This document shows, one piece after another, positions 22,286-34,447 of a DNA stretch of 59,540 nucleotides (its first letter is position 1; every line of letters starts with the position of its first letter). This stretch comes from Chiloscyllium plagiosum (Eukaryota): the NCBI RefSeq assembly GCF_004010195.1, contig NC_057750.1:13864023-13923562 (forward strand). Direction: 5' to 3'. Made by a program: the position numbers and the translations under genes. Below the pieces are notes generated by a model. It was not told the origin of the DNA and searched no databases. It saw only the letters and a list, made by a program, of their open reading frames with translations.

Positions 22286-23414
22286 ACATAGGTACAGGAG
22301 GAGGCCATTCAGCCCCTCAAACTTGCTCCACCATTCAATGAAATAATGACTAATCCATGACCTAGCTCTATTCACCAATCTTTTGGTCAATGCCTTTGCT
22401 TAGAAAAAGACATATCTATCTCAGACTTAAAATGAACTGATCCAGTATCCACTGTCACTTGTGAAAAAGAGTTTCAAACTTCTCTCACCCTTTGTGCGTA
22501 GAAGTGTTTCCCAACATCGTGGTGATTCAGAAGCAGTTGGGAGTCAAAAAACATTTCACCCAAAGCAAAATTCATTGCCTCTGACCTGTTCTTATAGCCA
22601 CAATTTTCAATTTGGGCCAGTTGAGTTTCTGATCAGTGTTAACTCCTGGAATATTTCGGGCAGGGGAATGTCACTGAACATAATGTTATTGGAGATGTCG
22701 CTGTCTGGTATCTGTGAGGTAAGAATGTTACTTGCTCCTTATCAGCCAAAGCTTGGATATCGTCCAGGACTTACTGCACAGGGACACGGGCCACTTCAGT
22801 ATCTGGGGAGTTGCGAATGGTACTGAATGTTGTTCAATCATTGGCAAACATCCTCACTTCTGACCTTATGATGGAGGGAAAATCATTGATGTAGCAGCTG
22901 TGATGGTCAACTAGCATCAGAATGCCCTGGGGTTGAGATGCTTAGAATGACAACTGTCTCTATTTTTATACCATATATCATTTTCAATTCATTGGGAAGA
23001 CATTTTTTAAACTTTCATTCACAGGATGCAACTGTTGCTGGCTAGACCAGCTTTAAATGGCTAGAGGACGGTTAAAAGCCAACAATGTTGTTGTGGGTTT
23101 GGAGTCACATGGAGGCCAGAATGGGTAAGAATGGCACATTTCCTTTCCTGAAGGACATTAGGGAACCCGATGGACCTTTACAACAGTTAGCAGGGGTTAC
23201 ATGACACCAGGAGGGCTGGATCTGTTGCATTAACTCCAGTCTTATTTGTATTCGCATTTCCACCATTAGCCACGTTGGGGTTTGTACCCACATTCTGAGA
23301 ACATCCATCTAGGGTTCTGAATTACTAACCCAATGTCAGTACCATAGCACCACTGTTTTCCATTAATATGGATTCCAAATGTGATTGTCAGGATAATATG
23401 TGTGAGATATTCGA

Positions 23415-23985
23415 TTTGATTTGATTTATTTACTGTCACATGTGCCTAAGTACAGTGAACAGCTTTATTCACAAGCTGTACAGGCAGATCATAGTAAGCA
23501 AGGAATATACAGATCATCGAAAAACATACAGGCGCACAGGTTACATCGCACAAGGCATGTGCTAGGCAAGATCAACATTCGCAAGATCAGCATTATTTGA
23601 AGTTAGAGAATCCATTCATTAGTCTAATAACGGCTGGGAAGGAGCTGTTCCTGAACTTGCTGGTGCGTGTGTTCAAGCTTCTGTATCTTCTGCCTGATGG
23701 ACGAAATTATAGGAGATCATTGCCCAGTGTGATGGGTCTTTGATGATGTTGGCAGCCTTTCCATGACAATGAGCTGCGTAAATGGAGTCCATGGATGAAA
23801 GGTTGGATTCTGTGATGGCCTGGGCTGTGCACACCACCTTCTATAGTTTCTTACAGTCCTGGGCAGAGCAGTTGCCGTACCAGACTGTAATGCACCTGGA
23901 CAGTGTGCTTTCAATGCTGCTCTGTAAAGGTTGGTGATGGAGGTGCCAAATTTCCCAAACCACCCGAGGAAGAAGAGACGTTGAC
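23415..23985 (-). mobile_element. Rex1/Babar-like LINE 3' fragment
   Basis: Resembles reverse of 53495-53880 (CAACGTCTCTTCTTCC; CTGCCATCAGG); tail GTGACAGTAAATAAATCAAATCAAAT; similar tail fragment at ~24940-25130. Confidence 0.7.
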
Positions 23986-24395
23986 CTCTTTATGATAAAT
24001 GGTATTTATGTGAGCACGTATTTGCTATTGTATATAATTAACACTGCCCATTTTAGCTTCTCTATGATATACATCAATTTTTCTTCAATTGAGCAACAGC
24101 ATTATCTGAGCAACAATAAAGACATGCTATCCAATCAGAATAGTGTGTGACCTGGAGGGGGATGTGAATGTGATGTTGTAGCAAGTATATGCTTGTTTTT
24201 GTCACTCCCCTTATTGTAGAGATCATAATGGGAGCTCTTACTGTTGAAGTAAGTGTTGCATAAGGACTTTAGGACCCTGGAGCAACCTAGTGAGGACATC
24301 ACAGAGTTGCTCCTCAATGGGCATAAATAGCACAGTGTGGGTAAAATTAAATGAAGAACAGAGACGCACATGGAGTGTTCGGCAGCAGCTGTAGT

Positions 24396-24905
24396 TGGCA
24401 GCACGGTGGATCCGTGGTTAGCACTGCTGCCTCACAGCACCGGGGTCCCAGGTCCGATTCCAGCCTCGGGCAACTGTCTGTGTGGAATTTGCACATTCTC
24501 CCTGTGTCTGTGCAGGTTTCCTCCGGGTGCTCCAGTTTCCTCCCACAGTCCAAAGATGTGCAGGTCAAGTGAATTGGCCATGCTAAATTGCCCGTAGTGT
24601 TAGGTGCATTCATCAGAGGGAACTGGGTCTGGGTGGGTTACTCTTCGGAGGGTTGGTGTGGACTGGTTGGGCTGAAGGGCCTGTTTCCACACCGTAGGGA
24701 ATCTAATGTAACCATGATTTGGAGATGCCGGTGTTGGACTGGGGTGTACAAAGTTAAAAATCACACAACACCAGGTTATAGTCCAACAGGTTTAATTGGA
24801 AGCACACTAGCTTTCGGAGCGTCACTCCTTCATCAGGTGGTGAGCGACACTCTGAAAGCTAGTGTGCTTCCAAATAAACCTGTTGGACTATAACCTGGTG
24901 TTGTG
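24396..24905. mobile_element. HE1-like SINE (+, 24396-24708) with a PLE family B hairpin at its tail (~24712-24905)
   Basis: Full SINE, then family B arms with intact minus-strand hammerhead CACCTGATGAAGGAGTGACGCTCCGAAAGCTAGTG at 24805-24839. Confidence 0.85.
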
Positions 24906-25671
24906 TAATCTAACCATGTGAACATTAGAAATACATTTTGATTTGATTTATAATTGTGACTTATACCAAGACACGGGCAAACCATACCTTACATAAGTAT
25001 GTCAGAATGTAGAATATTGTGCTATAGAAGATGCAGAGAAAGATCAACTCTAATATATGAGATGTCCGTTCATAAATCTGATAACAGCGGGGAAGAAGCT
25101 GTTCTTGAATCTGTTGGTACGTGTTTCCAAGTTGGTACGGAGAAACACACAGAGTAGGCTGACTAGGTTTAGATGATAGACTTTATGGAGTGGCCTTTCA
25201 ATAATATAACATGAAGATTAGAGCCTGGTTTATCTCTGAATACTGTGTGTTGTAATATTTAAAAAATAAACATGGTGATATAGAAGCCCAAGGTTGAAGA
25301 CAGTTCCTACCTTGCTTTCTCCCCAACCAGTCTGTCCTGAATCCAGACTCTTGGGTGTGGGCATAAAATCACAGAACTAAAGAGTAACCTTCTGTATGTT
25401 ACTGCGTGTGGACACGACATCACTGCAATCATAGTGCAGTGTGGGTGGAGAGTGGGGAATGCAGCAAGCCTAGTGACAGGAGTGCTATTCAAACAAATTG
25501 CTCTGCGCCAGTTGGCGGTTAGCTTCCTTAATTTTTTACACGTGGTAAGTAATCCATCACAATCCTGGTTTGAACCTTGTGGACAGTGGAGAGGCCCTGA
25601 GGGTGTTTATTTTAGACAAAATGTACCACCTCTTCTCTGTTTGATGCAGTTGATGTGGTAATCTGTCTAGT

Positions 25672-26425
25672 CAAAGAACAAAGAACAAAGAAACTCTACA
25701 GCCCAGGACCAGACCTTCGGCCCTCCAAGCCTGAGCCAATCCAAGTCCACTGTCTAAACCTATCACCCAATTCCTAAGGATCTGTATCCCTCTGCTCCCC
25801 ACCTACTCATGCATCTGTCCAGATGCACCTTAAATGAATCTACCGTACCTGCCTCTACCATCTCTGCTGGCAACGCGTTCCAGGCACCTACCACCCTCCG
25901 TGTAAAGTAGTTTACGTGTGTATCCCCCTTAAACTTTTCACCTCTCATCTTGAATGCATGACCTCTCGGTATTGATTCCCTCACCCTGGGAGAAAGCTTA
26001 TCTCTATCTAACCTGTCTATTACCCTTCATGATTTTGTAGACCCCAATCAGGTCTCCCCTCAATCTCCTTCTGATGAAAACAATCCTAACCTACTCAACC
26101 TCTCTTCATAGCTAGCACCTTCCATACCAGGCAACATCCTCGTAAACCTTCTCTGCACCCTCTCCAAAGTGTCCACATCCTTTTGGTAATGTGGCGACCA
26201 GAACTGTACACAGTATTCGAAATGCAGCCGAACCAATTTTAACATGATCTGCCAGCTCTCATACTCAATACCCCGTCCGGTGAAGGCAAGCATACTATAT
26301 GCCTTCTTGACCACTCTACCCACCTGTGCAGCCACCTTCAGGGTACAATGGACCTGAACTCCCAGATCTCTCTGCTTATCAACTTTTCTCAAGGCTCTTC
26401 CTTTCACAGTATAGTTCACTCTAGA
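25672..26425 (-). mobile_element. CR1 LINE 3' fragment
   Basis: ORFs 26060-26437 (RDLGVQVH, HFEYCVQFWSPHYQKDV) and 25763-25984 (YFTRRVVGAWNALP); (TCTTTGT)n tail. Confidence 0.93.
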
Positions 26426-27447
26426 ATCTATAGTCAATAAATAACCCCCGAAGAATTTGATTCAGGCCTAACAAAAAGGCAAAACAAAGAAGGAAGTCTT
26501 TTCACTCACGTTCCTTAGAATTATTACAACTCATGGAAGGCCATTTGACCCATCATGGTCTGTGCTGCCCCTCCTCAGGAGCAATTCATGGATTGTATAT
26601 CCACTTGTCCTCTCCTCACATCCCTTCAATTCAGACATTTAGAATATTCAGAAAAATGTGCAAGCTGAAAAATGAGGCAATCTTCGTCCCCCACCCCAGC
26701 CTTATCCAGCACTTTGTCCATATCCTAGGATGGTCTTTTTAAATATTGAAAACAAAAAAATGCTGGAGATCACAATAGGTCAGCCAGCATCAATGGAGAG
26801 AGAGAGAGCAAGCAACGTTTCCAGTCGAGATGACTCTTTATCAGAGTTGTCTCTGGGTGAAAAGATATTTCTCCATCTCCTGTGTAATCCTTCCAGAAAT
26901 CACTAAGTCAATGACACCACTGAATGACCCTTCTGCTGATTTGGACATTGGCGAATCCCATCCACTCTACCCAGGCTCCAAGCAATCTTGCATACCTCTA
27001 TCAAATCTCCCCTCAGCCTCCTCTGTTCCAGCAACAACGCCGGCCCAATCCAATCTTTCCTGGAAATTTTCCCCTCATGGCAACATCCTCTTCTGCACCA
27101 ACGTCTCTCATTGACACCTCGTTAGCTCATGGCTGTATTCACACGCATCAATTGAATGCATGGGTCATTTTAAACATAGGCTAGAATTTTCAGGCCCTGC
27201 CAAGAGGCAGGAACACAGTGGAACCTGAAAAGAGCCTCAGGCCCCCTGAATGTCAGCCCCTGGGGAGTGTGTAGCGAATTAGCCTCATTATTCTCTTTAA
27301 GGAGGCCAATCAGGATTTTCCATTTGGCCTCCTGTAGTGATGGTAACAAGGTCAGCCTGTTGGACCTCATACTATAGGAGTTCCTGATTGGAGCTGTTAA
27401 TCTGGTCCAATCAGGGAGCCCTGGCTGACAGATATAAACAAGAATGT

Positions 27448-27860
27448 GGAGGGGGTCGGTCGGGCCGACTACCTGCCCCTCTTCCGCGGTTACGTTAGAG
27501 CCCGGGTGTCCTTGGAGAAGGAGCACGTGGTGTCCACCAACACCCTGGAGTTGTTCAGGGAGAGGTGGGCGCTGCAGGGAGTGGAGTGCATCATTTCTCC
27601 CTCCAACTCTATTTTGATTTAGTCCCTACCCTCCCCTTCACTGTTTTGATCACACAGCACTGTCCTTTGATGTGCAGGGCAGTGTTTGTCACTGGCCACC
27701 CGGGTGTTTTCCTATCTTCCTGGTGGTGGAAATTGAATAAAGATTCGTGCACTTTGTGTCTTTCAAAAAAAGAAAAAAAGAGAAAACAAAGAAGAAAAAA
27801 AAAGAAAAAAAAATTTAAAAAAAGAGAAAAAAAGAGAAAAAAAAATTAAAAAAATAAAAT
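27448..27860 (+). mobile_element. Tx1-clade (L1 group) non-LTR retrotransposon, 5'-truncated 3' end with A-rich tail
   Basis: Frame 27449-27622 reads EGVGRADYLPLFRGYVRARVSLEKEHVVSTNTLELFRERWALQGVECIISPSNSILI*, resembling the Tx1-type ORF2 C-terminus; AATAAA in the 3' UTR; long A tail. Confidence 0.75.
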
Positions 27861-27981
27861 GGTATCCCTTCTCACACCTGCGCACACACACACCATGGGT
27901 GCTGGGGAAAATATATATATATTAAAAAAAAAGACCAGGATACAATCACACAGCCAAAAAAAAAAGTATAAACAAGAATGT

Positions 27982-29858
27982 GGAGGGGGTCGGTCGGGCC
28001 GACTACCTGCCCCTCTTCCGCGGTTACGTTAGAGCCCGGGTGTCCTTGGAGAAGGAGCACGCGGTGTCCACCAACACCCTGGAGTTGTTCAGGGAGAGGT
28101 GGGCGCCGCAGGGAGTGGAGTGCATTATTTCCCCCTCCAACTCTATTTTGATTTAGTCCCTACCCACCCCTTCACTGGTTTGATCACACAGCACTGNNNN
28201 NNNNNNNNNNNNNNNNNNNNNNNNNNNNNNNNNNNNNNNNNNNNNNNNNNNNNNNNNNNNNNNNNNNNNNNNNNNNNNNNNNNNNNNNNNNNNNNNNNNN
28301 NNNNNNNNNNNNNNNNNNNNNNNNNNNNNNNNNNNNNNNNNNNNNNNNNNNNNNNNNNNNNNNNNNNNNNNNNNNNNNNNNNNNNNNNNNNNNNNNNNNN
28401 NNNNNNNNNNNNNNNNNNNNNNNNNNNNNAAAAAAAAACAGGTGTGCTTGCCCTTTGATGTGAAGGGCAGTGTTTGTCACTGGCCACCCGGGTGTTTTCC
28501 TATCTTCCTGGTGGTGGAATTGAATAAAGATTCGTGCACTTTGTGCCTTTCACTGTGTCTCACACCTGCACACACACACCATGGGTGCTGGGGATAAAAT
28601 AAGCACTACCGCACTTAGGTGGTAGTGTGGGGGGGGGGGGGAACAAAAAAAAAGGGATTAAAATAAGAAAAAAAAAAGATTCGTGCACTTTGTGTCTTTC
28701 ATTGTGTCCCACACCTGCACACACACACACACCATGGGTGCTGGGGAAAAAATAAGCACTACCGCACTTAGGTGGTAGTATGGGGGAAAGAAAAAAAAAG
28801 AAAAAATAAATAAATAAACAGGAGATAACTCTATTTTGATTTAGTCCCTACCCTCCCCTTCACAAAAAAAAACAAGAATGTGTCCCCTACCCTCCCCTTC
28901 ACTGTTTTGATCACACAGCATTGCCCTTTGATGTGAAGGGCAGTGTTTGTCACTGGCCACTCGGGTGTTTTCCTATCTTCCTGGTGGTGGAATTTGAATA
29001 AAGATTTGTGCACCTTGTGTCTCTCACTGTGTCTCACACCTGCACACACACACACCATGGGTGCTGGGGAAAAAATAAGCACTACCGCACTTAGGTGGGT
29101 TAAATTATAAAAAAAGAAAAAAAATTAAAAAAAATAAAAATTAAAAAAAAAACAAGAATGTCACACAGCAAAAAAAAACCAGGAATGTCTCCCCATCCCC
29201 ATTGTGCTCACTGACTAACACAGTTCCCTGGTCCAATGAAACTGCACAGTCAATATTTCCAATGTTGTGTTCAAATCCCACCACTGCCTCACCTTTCTGA
29301 TTCATCCCACTCAACTGCTAACCATGTTGCCTGAAAAATAATGCACATCAAGTATTTGATCATGTAGCACTGCTTGTCACTGGCCTCTCAGATGTTTCCT
29401 TTCTTCCTGCTGGCGGAAACCGAATAAAGATTTGTGCACCTTGTGTCTGTCACTGTGTCTCACACCTGCGCACACACAACATGGGTGCTGAGGAAAATAA
29501 GCACTACCGCAGTTAGGCGTGAGTGTGGGGGTAAGATTAAAAAAAATGGGGAGTGTCAGACATTCTTTTCACTCTAAAGAAAAAGGAGTGTCAAAGGTGG
29601 GCGACACAGGGATTGGAGTGTTTTATTTCCCCCTCCAACTCTATTTTGATTTAATCCCTGCCCTCCCCTTCACTGTTTGATCACACAGCATTGCCCTTTG
29701 ATGTGAAGGGCACTGCTTGTCGCTGGCCACTCGGGTGTTTCCTTTCTTCTTGGTGGTGGAATATAAATAAAGATTTACGCACCCTTGTTGTTTTTCACTG
29801 TGTCTGACACCAGCACACACGAAAAAAAGAAGAAAATTAAAAAAGAAAAAAAGAAAAA
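27982..29858 (+). mobile_element. Further tandem Tx1-like 3' ends (about six or more, variably truncated) with poly(A) tails
   Basis: Repeated CCCTTTGATGTGAAGGGCA, GAATAAAGATT, CACACCATGGGTGCTGGGG and CACTACCGC blocks, each followed by A-runs and target-like AAACAAGAATGT or GGAGTGTCA. Confidence 0.75.
28197..28429. other. Assembly gap (N run)
   Basis: 233 N inside the Tx1-like stack. Confidence 1.
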
Positions 29859-30369
29859 ATAGCTAGGAGATTTAGAATCTCCTCAGTTTAGGGAACTGAC
29901 TCTGTGCTGGCTAGGCCACAGTCATTGCGTTACTTAAAAAACAAGAGTGTCAGGAGTTCTGTTCACTCGAAGAGCTGGCTCTGAGGGAGCTGGATCAGTG
30001 TCAAGAACGCTGTGAATAAAGGGTGACTTGGTGACAGGATACCAGCCTTCACGGTGTCATTTTATCTAGTTTCTCAAACTAACAAGGAACGATTTCTCGA
30101 ACTCACCCTCGCCTGAGGCGTGCTGACCCCTCAGGCTAAACTCACCCCCAGTCATCTCTGTCTGCAAGAGCAGCCCCTATGCTCCTCTGGGACTATGGTG
30201 GCTTTAAGTGTTGAGGGCTCTTGTAACAGAGTGGCAGTATCCCTACCTCTGAGCCAGGAAGTCTGGGTTCAACTCCCACCTGCTCCAGACTTCTGTCATG
30301 AGCGTGTTGATTCAGAAGTACCTATAAGGGGCAGTTTTGCTGTCTGGAGATTTCATGGTGACATGAGCA

Positions 30370-30850
30370 GGTCATGGGCTGTAAGTTCTATGCAGTTACC
30401 TCCTGACTCCCAAAAGCCTGGCCACCATCTACAAGGCACAAGTCGGGAGCGTGAGGGAATCCTCCCCACTTGCCCTGGATGGGGCAGCTCCAACATCACT
30501 CAAGGAGCTCGACAACATCCAGGAAAAAGCAGCCCACTTCATTGACACTCCATCCAATGCCTTAAACTTTCACTCCCTCCACCATTGGCAATCAGAAGCA
30601 GCCCAAAATGTCTACCATCACCAAAATGCACTGCAGCAGCTCACCAATGCTGTCTCAAACCATGACCTCTACCATTGCAGACGTCAACAGCAGCAGATAC
30701 ATGGGAATTCCACTATCTCGAATTTCCTTCTGAACTACTCATCATCCTGACTTGGAAATATATCTCCGTTCCTTCAGTGTGTCTCTGGGTCAAAATCCTG
30801 GAACCCCCCTCCCTAGCAGCATTGCGGGTATCCCTACACCCCATGCCATC
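30370..30850 (+). mobile_element. L2-like LINE 3' fragment
   Basis: SSPLALDGAAPTSLKELDNIQEKAAHFI, HSLHHW; related fragments at ~8570-8920, ~10640-10950, ~22520-22960 (-) and ~50985-51170. Confidence 0.65.
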
Positions 30851-30984
30851 AGTGGCAAGGCCAGTATTTATAGCTCACCCATAGATGCCTCTTTGAGAAG
30901 GCGTGGTGAGCTGCTTTCTGAAATTGCTGTAATTGCCATTTGCTGTCCTTTCCTAAATGTTACTCAAGATCATGCTCCCAACAG

Positions 30985-31910
30985 GGGGCATGGTGGCTCA
31001 GCACTTCGCACTGCTGCCTCATAGCGCCAGGGACCCAGGTTCAATTCCACCCTCGGTTGACTATCTGTGTAGAGTTTGCACATTCTCCCTGGGTTTCTGC
31101 GTGGGTTTCCTCTGGGTCTTCCATTTTCCTTCCACAACCCAAAGATGCGCAGGTTATGGTGGATTAGACCTACTATGGTGTGCCAGCTGGGTGGATTAGC
31201 TATGAGTAACGTGAGGTTACAGGGATGGGTGGGATGCTCTTCCAAGGGTTGATGTGGACTTGATGGGCTGAATGGGAGAAAGTGAGGACTGCAGATGCTG
31301 GAGATCAGAGCTGAAAATGTGTTGCTGGAAAAGCGCAGAAGGTCAGACAGCATCCAGGGAACAGGAGAATCGACGTTTCGGGCATGAGCCCTTCTTCAGG
31401 AATGAGGAAAGTGTGTCCAGCAGGCTAAGATAAAAGGTAGGGAGGAGGGACTTGGGGGAGGGGCATTGGAAATGTGATAGGTGGAAGGAGGTCAAGGTGA
31501 GGGTGATAGGCCGGAGTGGGTGTGGGGGCGGAGAGGTCAGGGAGAAGATTGCAGGTTAGGAAGGTGGTGCTAAGTTCGAGGGATTTGACTGAGACAAGGT
31601 GGGAGGAGGGGAAATGAGGAAACTGGAGAAATCTGAGTTCATCCCTTGTGGTCGGAGGGTTCCTAGGCGGAAGATGAGGCGCTCTTCCTCCAGCCGTCGT
31701 GTTGCTATGGTCTGGTGATGGAGGAGTCCAAGGAGTGGGTCCTTGGTGGAGTGGGAGGGAGAGTTGAAGTGTTGAGCCACGGGGTGGTTGGGTTGGTTGG
31801 TCCAGGTGTCCCAGAGGTGTTCTCTGAAACATTCCGCAAGTAGGTGGCCTGTCTCCCCAATATAGAGGTGATGGGCTGAATGGCCTGCTTCCACACTGTA
31901 GGGATTCTAT
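30985..31910 (+). mobile_element. HE1-like V-SINE split by a PLE insertion
   Basis: SINE at 30985-31275 resumes at 31869; TGATGGGCTGAATGG duplicated at 31261-31275 and 31869-31883. Confidence 0.85.
31276..31868 (-). mobile_element. Penelope-like element (probably Neptune-type), 5'-truncated: GIY-YIG C-terminus, 3' UTR and family A terminus
   Basis: LYIGETGHLLAECFREHL, HPVAQHFNSPSH, RRLEEERLIFRLGTLRPQGMNSDF; 15-bp TSD; hammerhead-like CTGAAGAAGGGCTCATGCCCGAAACGTC at ~31367-31404 (-). Confidence 0.9.
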
Positions 31911-32814
31911 GTAGCGATATGATGAAAGATTGGATTCTGCATCAAGTGTTCAATTCTGAAATGTTAACCCAATTTTTACAGTCTGGCCTCAAACCACAAG
32001 TTTTGTTTAATTCTGATTTGTTAAGGAGACAGCAACCGTGTGGAGATATAATGTCTGCTGATTTGGAGAGTAGGGGTTAAGCTCCAGTATCGCGAGATTG
32101 GTGCGAAGGAATATTGTTGAAGTGAAGTAATTGGGAGGTTCTCTTTGTATCTGGTCTGGTATATATCCAGCCTTCGATTGGATAATTGTAAGAAAGTTGC
32201 AAAAAGGAAACGGATCATTCTCAGTTTTCATTCTCGACTATGAGATCATAGCTCTCATAGAAGTATCAAACAGTAATGAAGCCATTCCTTCCATTGAGCC
32301 ATTCCCAGTTCTCTTGCCTTTTATTCTTTCTTCAGGTGCTCCTGCAGTTTCCTTCCCAAAGCCGTGTTTGAACCTATCTCCACCGCTTATTTTAGCGACT
32401 AGTTCAGTTGAGGTGACCTGGTTAGCATGGACGAGTTGGGTTGAAGGACGTGTTTCCATGCTCTACATCTCCACTGTTTGTTCAGGGGAGATGCTGGTGA
32501 GGGGTAGTGTCACTGGACTGAGAATCCAGAGGTAGAAAGTGAGGACTACAGATGCTGGAGATCAGAGACGAGAGTGTGGTGCTGGAAAAGCACTTCCGTT
32601 CAGGCAGCATCCAAGGAGCAGGAGAATCGATGTTTCGGGCAAAAGCTCTTCATTCACTCCTGGCCCAATAGGTGCGGAATAATGAAACATCACATGATGG
32701 CATGGATTTTACTGGGGTGAGAGTTACTTTATTCCATGCTAACATGGCCTGACTGTTGGAAAACTGATGGAATCAGTGGTGACATTGGTTTTACACCCTG
32801 TTCGATTTCATCCA

Positions 32815-33240
32815 TTTTGGGCTATGGAAGGTTTGAGTTATGTAGAAAGGCTGGATAGGCTGGCACTTCTTTCACTGGAGTGTAGGAGGTTGAGAGGCGA
32901 CCTTATAGAGGTTTATAAAAGAATGAGGGGTATAAATAGAGTTACCCCCCTCAGATGGGGGATTTGAAGACCAGGGGACACATTTTTAAAGTTCAGAAAG
33001 GATGTTAAAAAGACATGAGGGGCAAATGTTTTACACAGGAGGTGGTTTGCGTGTGGAATGAACGTCCTGGGGATCTGGGTATAATTACAATGTTTAAAAG
33101 ACATTTGGATAGGTACATGAATAGGAAAGGGTTGGAGAGATATAGACCAGGAGTAGGCCGAGAGGACTAGTCTTGTTTGGGATTATGTTCAGCAAGGACC
33201 CTGAGGGTCTGTTTCCATGCTGTATGATTCGATGACCCTA
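32815..33240 (+). mobile_element. CR1 LINE 3' fragment
   Basis: GLSYVERLDRLALLSLECRRLRGDLIEVYK. Confidence 0.88.
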
Positions 33241-33896
33241 CGAAATGGAAAAACAACTTTCCTGTCATCCTTGTGGAGTCTCTCTCTTTCCCCGGACCAG
33301 CTCAGGGTCCATTTTGGGTTGCAGTGTTTATTTGACATCTCTAAGGGCTGCAGGATTGAGAATGCTCTTTATTCCTGGTCGATTCCCTCGGGAGCGAGTG
33401 GGATGTGCCGAGAATAATTTCACACAGATTTCACACATGACTAGCCCTGCTCATGTGAGGCCAAGCTCCAAAGACATCGAACCAACCGCGAGCTTTGATG
33501 TCGGATGAAGTGATTACGAGTCCCACTGAGTACCACACTTCAACCTCCCTCTCTCCCAGATCACGTTTCGTCAGGGTTCAACTCCTGCGTGCGCATTTTT
33601 TTTCAGGCGAAATTGCATTCAGATGGATGAAAGGGCTGATCCTTTGTCCAAACAAGTGCCTATCAAAGACCTGTTTACACCAGTGGTTTTAAATTGTTTC
33701 CTAGCCAAATGCAGGAGACATGCAGTATACTGTGACAAACCATATGCACCAATTCTAATTGAGTTGGCCTCTAAGTACAACGTCAAGTATGAATTTTGTC
33801 TTTCCTGCTTGAAACAGCAACTAAAATTATTTAGCACAGTGGTTTATATTCTTGAAGCCCATTTAACTTATTAAAACATGCCAAAAAGCTTATATA

Positions 33897-34425
33897 ACAT
33901 AGAATCCCGACAGTGTGGAAAGAGGCCGTTCGGCTCATTGAGTCTGTACCAACTGTCTGCAGAGCATCCTACCCGATCGCCATTTTTACATTAGCTAACT
34001 CACCCAGCTTGCACATCCCTGGACACCAAGGACAATTCAGCATGGCCAATCCACCCTAACCTGCACATCTTTGTGGATTCCATGATTTGGAGGTGCCAGT
34101 GTTAGACTGGGGTGTATAAAGTTAAAAGTCACACAACACCAGGTTATAGTCCAACAGGTTTATTTGGAAGCACTAGCTTTCAGAGCTCTGCTCCTTTATC
34201 AGATGATTGTCCTGATGAAGGAGCGGCGCTCCGCAACCTAGTGCTTCCAAATAAACCTGTTGGATTAGAGCCTGGTGTTGTTTGATTCTTATCTTTGTGG
34301 ACTCTCACAGGAAACAGGAGCACCCGGAAGAAACCCACGCAGACACATGGAGAATGTGCAAACTCCATACAGACAGTTCGATGGAATCGAACCCAGGTCC
34401 CTGGTGCTGTGAGCCCCATGCCAGC
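33897..34425 (-). mobile_element. HE1-like SINE with nested PLE family B hairpin (34081-34290)
   Basis: Direct repeat ATCTTTGTGGA(T/C)TC at 34067-34080 and 34291-34304 flanks the inverted arms. Confidence 0.85.
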
Positions 34426-34447
34426 CCAACATAGTATAGGATTTCAT

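Larger units (their letters stand above)
27333..30066 (+). mobile_element. Short LTR (family L2) split at its TATA region by a stack of Tx1-like insertions
   Basis: 5' part 27333-27447 (TGTAGTG, CCTGATTGGA/TCCAATCAGG, GATATAAACAAGAATGT); 3' part 29939-30066 (AAACAAGAGTGTCAGG, GTGAATAAAGGGTGACTTGGTGA); homologous to the ends of 2442-3980. Confidence 0.7.

Noticed and set aside
25311..25376. 66-nt minus-strand exon-like segment (TCTTTAG|...AAG|GTAGGA; FCDFMPTPKSLDSGQTGWGESK)
   Set aside because: Isolated, with no partner exons or recognisable homology; could be chance.
27967..28196. Second Tx1-like copy with the same 5' junction as the first, counted as an independent insertion
   Set aside because: An identical truncation point next to a gap suggests local duplication or allelic misassembly; not used as independent evidence, although it differs by several substitutions.
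28099..28487. ORFs containing long X runs
   Set aside because: They cross the N gap.
32007..32231. Two overlapping minus-strand ORFs in unique sequence
   Set aside because: No convincing splice context or known motif.
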